Assembly: GCA_903836945.1 (NCBI GenBank)
Contig: CAILSO010000003.1
Location: 3,527-67,526, forward strand
DNA: 64,000 bases
DNA from: an uncultured Actinomycetes bacterium
GTDB taxonomy: Bacteria > Actinomycetota > Actinomycetes > Nanopelagicales > Nanopelagicaceae
Direction of reading: 5' to 3'
Below, in pieces: positions 59,733-64,000 of this stretch. Both the position numbers and the translations under genes were made by a program. The notes under the pieces are model-generated. The model was given only the letters and a program-made list of their open reading frames with translations. It did not search any database and was not told the DNA's origin. Positions within the stretch are counted from its first letter, which is position 1. The number at the start of each line of letters is the position of its first letter.

Positions 59733-60217
59733 AATTTAATTGGGTAGATGCCGTCCTCGCATTCGGCGCCATTGTTGCCTTGGCTCGCGGTTATCGGGCT
59801 GGATTTCTAAAATCAATCTTCGCCATCTTTGGTTTTGTGGGCGGCGGATTGCTCGGTTTAATTATTGGCCTGCATTATTTAAATAACTTAGGCAATGTCA
59901 TCGCGAAATTCGGGCTATTACTTCTTGCAATTTCAATCGGATCAACTATCGGTGAATGGCTAACTTCAAAATTTGCTAAGTTCTTTCACAATAAAATTCT
60001 CTTTGGTCCCTTTAGATGGCTCGACTCTATTTTGGGCGCAGCGCTCTCACTTCTTCGTACCGCTTTGATTTCATACATGGTCGCAGCGCTCTGTCTTGCC
60101 ACACCATGGGGCTGGGCACACAAGAACATTCCGCAAAGCTTTATTTATAAGAAGATAACCAGCTTCACGCCTTCGATTATTAAAGATGTAACCAAAGAGA
60201 TTAAGGCTATTAACTAA
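59729..60217 (+). CDS. CvpA-family membrane protein (four TM helices, no protease domain)
   Basis: 162 aa with a CvpA-like N-terminus (NWVDAVLAFGAIVALARGYRAGFL) and 3-4 hydrophobic helices. The ORF ends inside the acs stop region. Confidence 0.75.
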   Translation: MKFNWVDAVLAFGAIVALARGYRAGFLKSIFAIFGFVGGGLLGLIIGLHYLNNLGNVIAKFGLLLLAISIGSTIGEWLTSKFAKFFHNKILFGPFRWLDSILGAALSLLRTALISYMVAALCLATPWGWAHKNIPQSFIYKKITSFTPSIIKDVTKEIKAIN

Positions 60218-62172
60218 TCTTCACTCTTGCCGGCGGATAAGCCAGATTGAATCAACTTCATGACATTTGGATCGGCCAAGGTAGTGGAATCACCGACTGC
60301 ACGATTTTCCGCAACATCGCGAAGTAATCGGCGCATAATCTTGCCGCTACGAGTCTTTGGAAGTTCATTGACAACGACAATCTGGCGCGGCTTTGCGATT
60401 GGGCCGATCTCTTTTGCCACATGATCGCGCAGCTCTTTAACTAAAGCTTCTCCCTCATGATGTTCAACGCCACCGCGCAAAATTACAAAGGCAACGATTG
60501 CTTGACCGGTCATCTCATCTTTTGCGCCAACAACAGCTGATTCGGCAACAGCCGGGTGTGAGACCAAGGCTGATTCAACTTCGGTTGTAGATATTCGATG
60601 GCCGGAAACATTCATCACATCATCAACGCGGCCAAGTAACCAGATAGCACCATCTTTATCTAACTTCGCGCCATCTCCCGCAAAATACTTTTCAGCAAAG
60701 CGTGACCAATATGTTTCGGCATATCTCTCTGGCTCGCCCCAAATTCCACGAAGCATTGATGGCCAAGGTTGCGTCAAAACCAAATAACCAGCACCACCAT
60801 TTCCTACTTCTCGTTCTTCATCATCAATAACTTTTCCAACGATCCCTGGCAAGGTTCCCATTGCAGAACCTGGTTTGGTTGCGGTGATTCCAGGAAGTGG
60901 TGAGATCAAGATTGCACCGGTTTCGGTCTGCCACCAGGTATCAACAATTGGACAACGATTGCCACCAATAACTTCGCGGTACCACATCCAGGCTTCAGGA
61001 TTAATCGGTTCACCAACTGAACCAAGTAAGCGAAGGGAAGTTAAGTCACATGAGTTTGGAAACTCGGCGCCCCACTTCATCCACGTTCTAATTAATGTAG
61101 GAGCGGTATAGAGAATAGAAACTTTATATTTTTCAATGATTTCAAAGATCCGTGACTTGGTAGGAGTATCCGGAGTTCCTTCATACATAACCTGCGTTGC
61201 GCCATTAGCCATCGGACCATAAACCACATATGAATGGCCGGTAATCCAACCAATATCCGCAGTGCACCAATAAACATCTTTTGCTGGCTTTAAATCAAAG
61301 ACCATCTTGTGCGTAAAGGCAGCTTGCGTTAAATAGCCACCGGTTGTGTGAAAGATTCCCTTTGGCTTTGCAGTAGTGCCAGATGTGTAGAGAATGAATA
61401 AGACATGTTCGGAGTCAAAGAATTCAGCGGTGTGTTGATCGGATTGCTTTTCAATTAGTTCGTGCCACCAAATATCTTTTGCGCCCATTGTTGACTCTTG
61501 CCCAGTGCGCTTTACAACTAAAACGTTTTCCACACTTGGCGTTGTTTTAACTGCTTCATCAACCGCTGGTTTTAAGGCAAAAGGAGCACCACGTCGAAAG
61601 CCACCATCGGAGGTAATAACCAATTTTGCAGTTGCATCATTAATGCGGGCGCTTAGTGAATCGGCTGAGAAACCACCGAAGACAACCGAGTGAGCAGCGC
61701 CAATGCGGGCGCAAGCCAGCATCGCAATCGCAGCTTCGGGAATCATCGGAAGATAAATTGCGACGCGATCACCAGATTTAATGCCGAGCTCGGTAAGTGC
61801 ATTTGCCGCCTTGCTTACTTCGCGCAACATATCTTTATAGGTGTAAACCTTGGTATCGCCGGGTTCGCCCTCAAAGTAGAAAGCGACGCGATCACCGCGA
61901 CCCTCATTTACATGGCGATCAAGACAGTTGTACGCAGCGTTTAACTTTCCGCCGATAAACCATTTAGCAAATGGAATTTGCCAATCTAAGACTTGGTTCC
62001 ATTTTTGATCCCAATGTAATTCTGCGGCTTGATCGGCCCAAAATTGCAGGCGATCTTTTTCGGCGGCTTCAAAGAGGGCCGGAGTTGCATTTGCTTGCGC
62101 AACAAATTCTGGTGATGGCGCGAAGGCGCGATCTTCGTAGGAGAGATTTTCTAGCGCTACTTCCTCACTCAT
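60214..62172 (-). CDS. acs: Acetyl-CoA synthetase
   Basis: 652 aa with the AMP-binding motif YTSGTTAKPKG, WWQTETG, and the C-terminal PKTRSGKIMRR containing the acetylatable Lys. Confidence 0.96.
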   Translation of the reverse strand: MSEEVALENLSYEDRAFAPSPEFVAQANATPALFEAAEKDRLQFWADQAAELHWDQKWNQVLDWQIPFAKWFIGGKLNAAYNCLDRHVNEGRGDRVAFYFEGEPGDTKVYTYKDMLREVSKAANALTELGIKSGDRVAIYLPMIPEAAIAMLACARIGAAHSVVFGGFSADSLSARINDATAKLVITSDGGFRRGAPFALKPAVDEAVKTTPSVENVLVVKRTGQESTMGAKDIWWHELIEKQSDQHTAEFFDSEHVLFILYTSGTTAKPKGIFHTTGGYLTQAAFTHKMVFDLKPAKDVYWCTADIGWITGHSYVVYGPMANGATQVMYEGTPDTPTKSRIFEIIEKYKVSILYTAPTLIRTWMKWGAEFPNSCDLTSLRLLGSVGEPINPEAWMWYREVIGGNRCPIVDTWWQTETGAILISPLPGITATKPGSAMGTLPGIVGKVIDDEEREVGNGGAGYLVLTQPWPSMLRGIWGEPERYAETYWSRFAEKYFAGDGAKLDKDGAIWLLGRVDDVMNVSGHRISTTEVESALVSHPAVAESAVVGAKDEMTGQAIVAFVILRGGVEHHEGEALVKELRDHVAKEIGPIAKPRQIVVVNELPKTRSGKIMRRLLRDVAENRAVGDSTTLADPNVMKLIQSGLSAGKSED

Positions 62173-62324
62173 GTTTCGAGGTTACCAGCCGAAAGTTTTC
62201 CCCACAATGGTTTTCTACCCAGCTTGCACGAATTGAAAAATTGCCTGCGGCCAAAGTGCGTACTTTTTAGACATTCGTAACTTCACCTAGATCAAAAAAT
62301 CTAGCTAACAGAAAAGGGTAAAAA

Positions 62325-62474
62325 ATGTTTGGAACTATTTTCAGCGTCATATCAAATCTGCATATCTTTACTTTGGGGATCAAAGCCGTTGTTCGAGTCG
62401 CCAAGGTTGTCGCGCATAGCAATTTCGGCCTTTTAGGGTTGGACCGGGCCATGAGTTGGCTTGGTCTTAATTAA
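62325..62474 (+). CDS. Hypothetical 49-aa ORF in the acs-fbaA gap
   Basis: An ATG lies 8 nt after AAGGG. My translation is MFGTIFSVISNLHIFTLGIKAVVRVAKVVAHSNFGLLGLDRAMSWLGLN. I recognise no family, and it could be non-coding. Confidence 0.25.
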   Translation: MFGTIFSVISNLHIFTLGIKAVVRVAKVVAHSNFGLLGLDRAMSWLGLN

Positions 62475-62645
62475 CCCGAAATAAAGCAGCCGAGCCCACG
62501 CTCAGGTTTTCCAAACCACCCCAAAATGTGATGGGATATGCCGTAAGCCTCACCGCCGACCCAACGATGTGCCTGGTGCGAGATTTACACCGAAATATTC
62601 ACGACAGATATTTCATAACGTACATATCGAATTTGGGAGAAGAAA

Positions 62646-64000
<1,355 letters not shown>

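Noticed and set aside
62267-62452. 61-aa minus-strand ORF in the acs-fbaA gap
   Set aside because: There is no SD-like sequence before its ATG. It overlaps the somewhat better-supported plus-strand 49-aa ORF, and I recognise no family for it.
62520-62620. Crp-binding site (TGTGA-N6-TCACA) upstream of fbaA or acs
   Set aside because: Only an isolated TGTGA half-site is present (about 62526-62530), with no properly spaced TCACA partner.

Overview
This window is the replication-origin neighbourhood of a compact, AT-leaning actinobacterial chromosome. The GC content is judged by eye, not computed. Gene content and order match the conserved actinobacterial core. From left to right: recR-dnaX, SRP RNA, two tRNA-Ser genes, pstP-pknB, trpG, ask-asd, ppiA, tRNA-Ile and tRNA-Ala, then gyrA-gyrB-dciA-recF-dnaN-dnaA on the minus strand. 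Diverging from these on the plus strand are rpmH-rnpA-yidD-yidC-jag-rsmG-parA-parB. These are followed by cwlM-trxA-trxB-murJ, a NUDIX gene and cca, ponA, rpsF-ssb-rpsR-rplI-dnaB, a two-component system, crgA, crp/nth, acs, fbaA and purA. Coding density is extreme. Many stop/start overlaps have the form TAATG or ATGA, and three convergent gene pairs overlap by 30-35 nt. Only one convincing intrinsic terminator is visible. I found no CRISPR array, transposase, integrase, prophage, defence island, toxin-antitoxin pair or biosynthetic cluster, so I cannot support a claim that the window holds a novel multi-gene system. The points most worth a second look are: (1) two separate DnaA-box spacers flanking dnaA; (2) an origin-like AT-rich tandem repeat plus five co-oriented DnaA-box-like 9-mers upstream of dnaB; (3) an APC-type permease fused to a C-terminal OB-fold module; (4) a stripped-down PknB/PstP/MurJ/CwlM cell-wall signalling set; (5) a CvpA-only gene in the position where Mycobacterium has MarP; (6) an unusually long 472-bp non-coding gap that contains a palindrome and a possible 49-aa ORF. 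Family assignments rest on motifs read from the supplied translations and on remembered synteny with Mycobacterium and Streptomyces. No database search was run.
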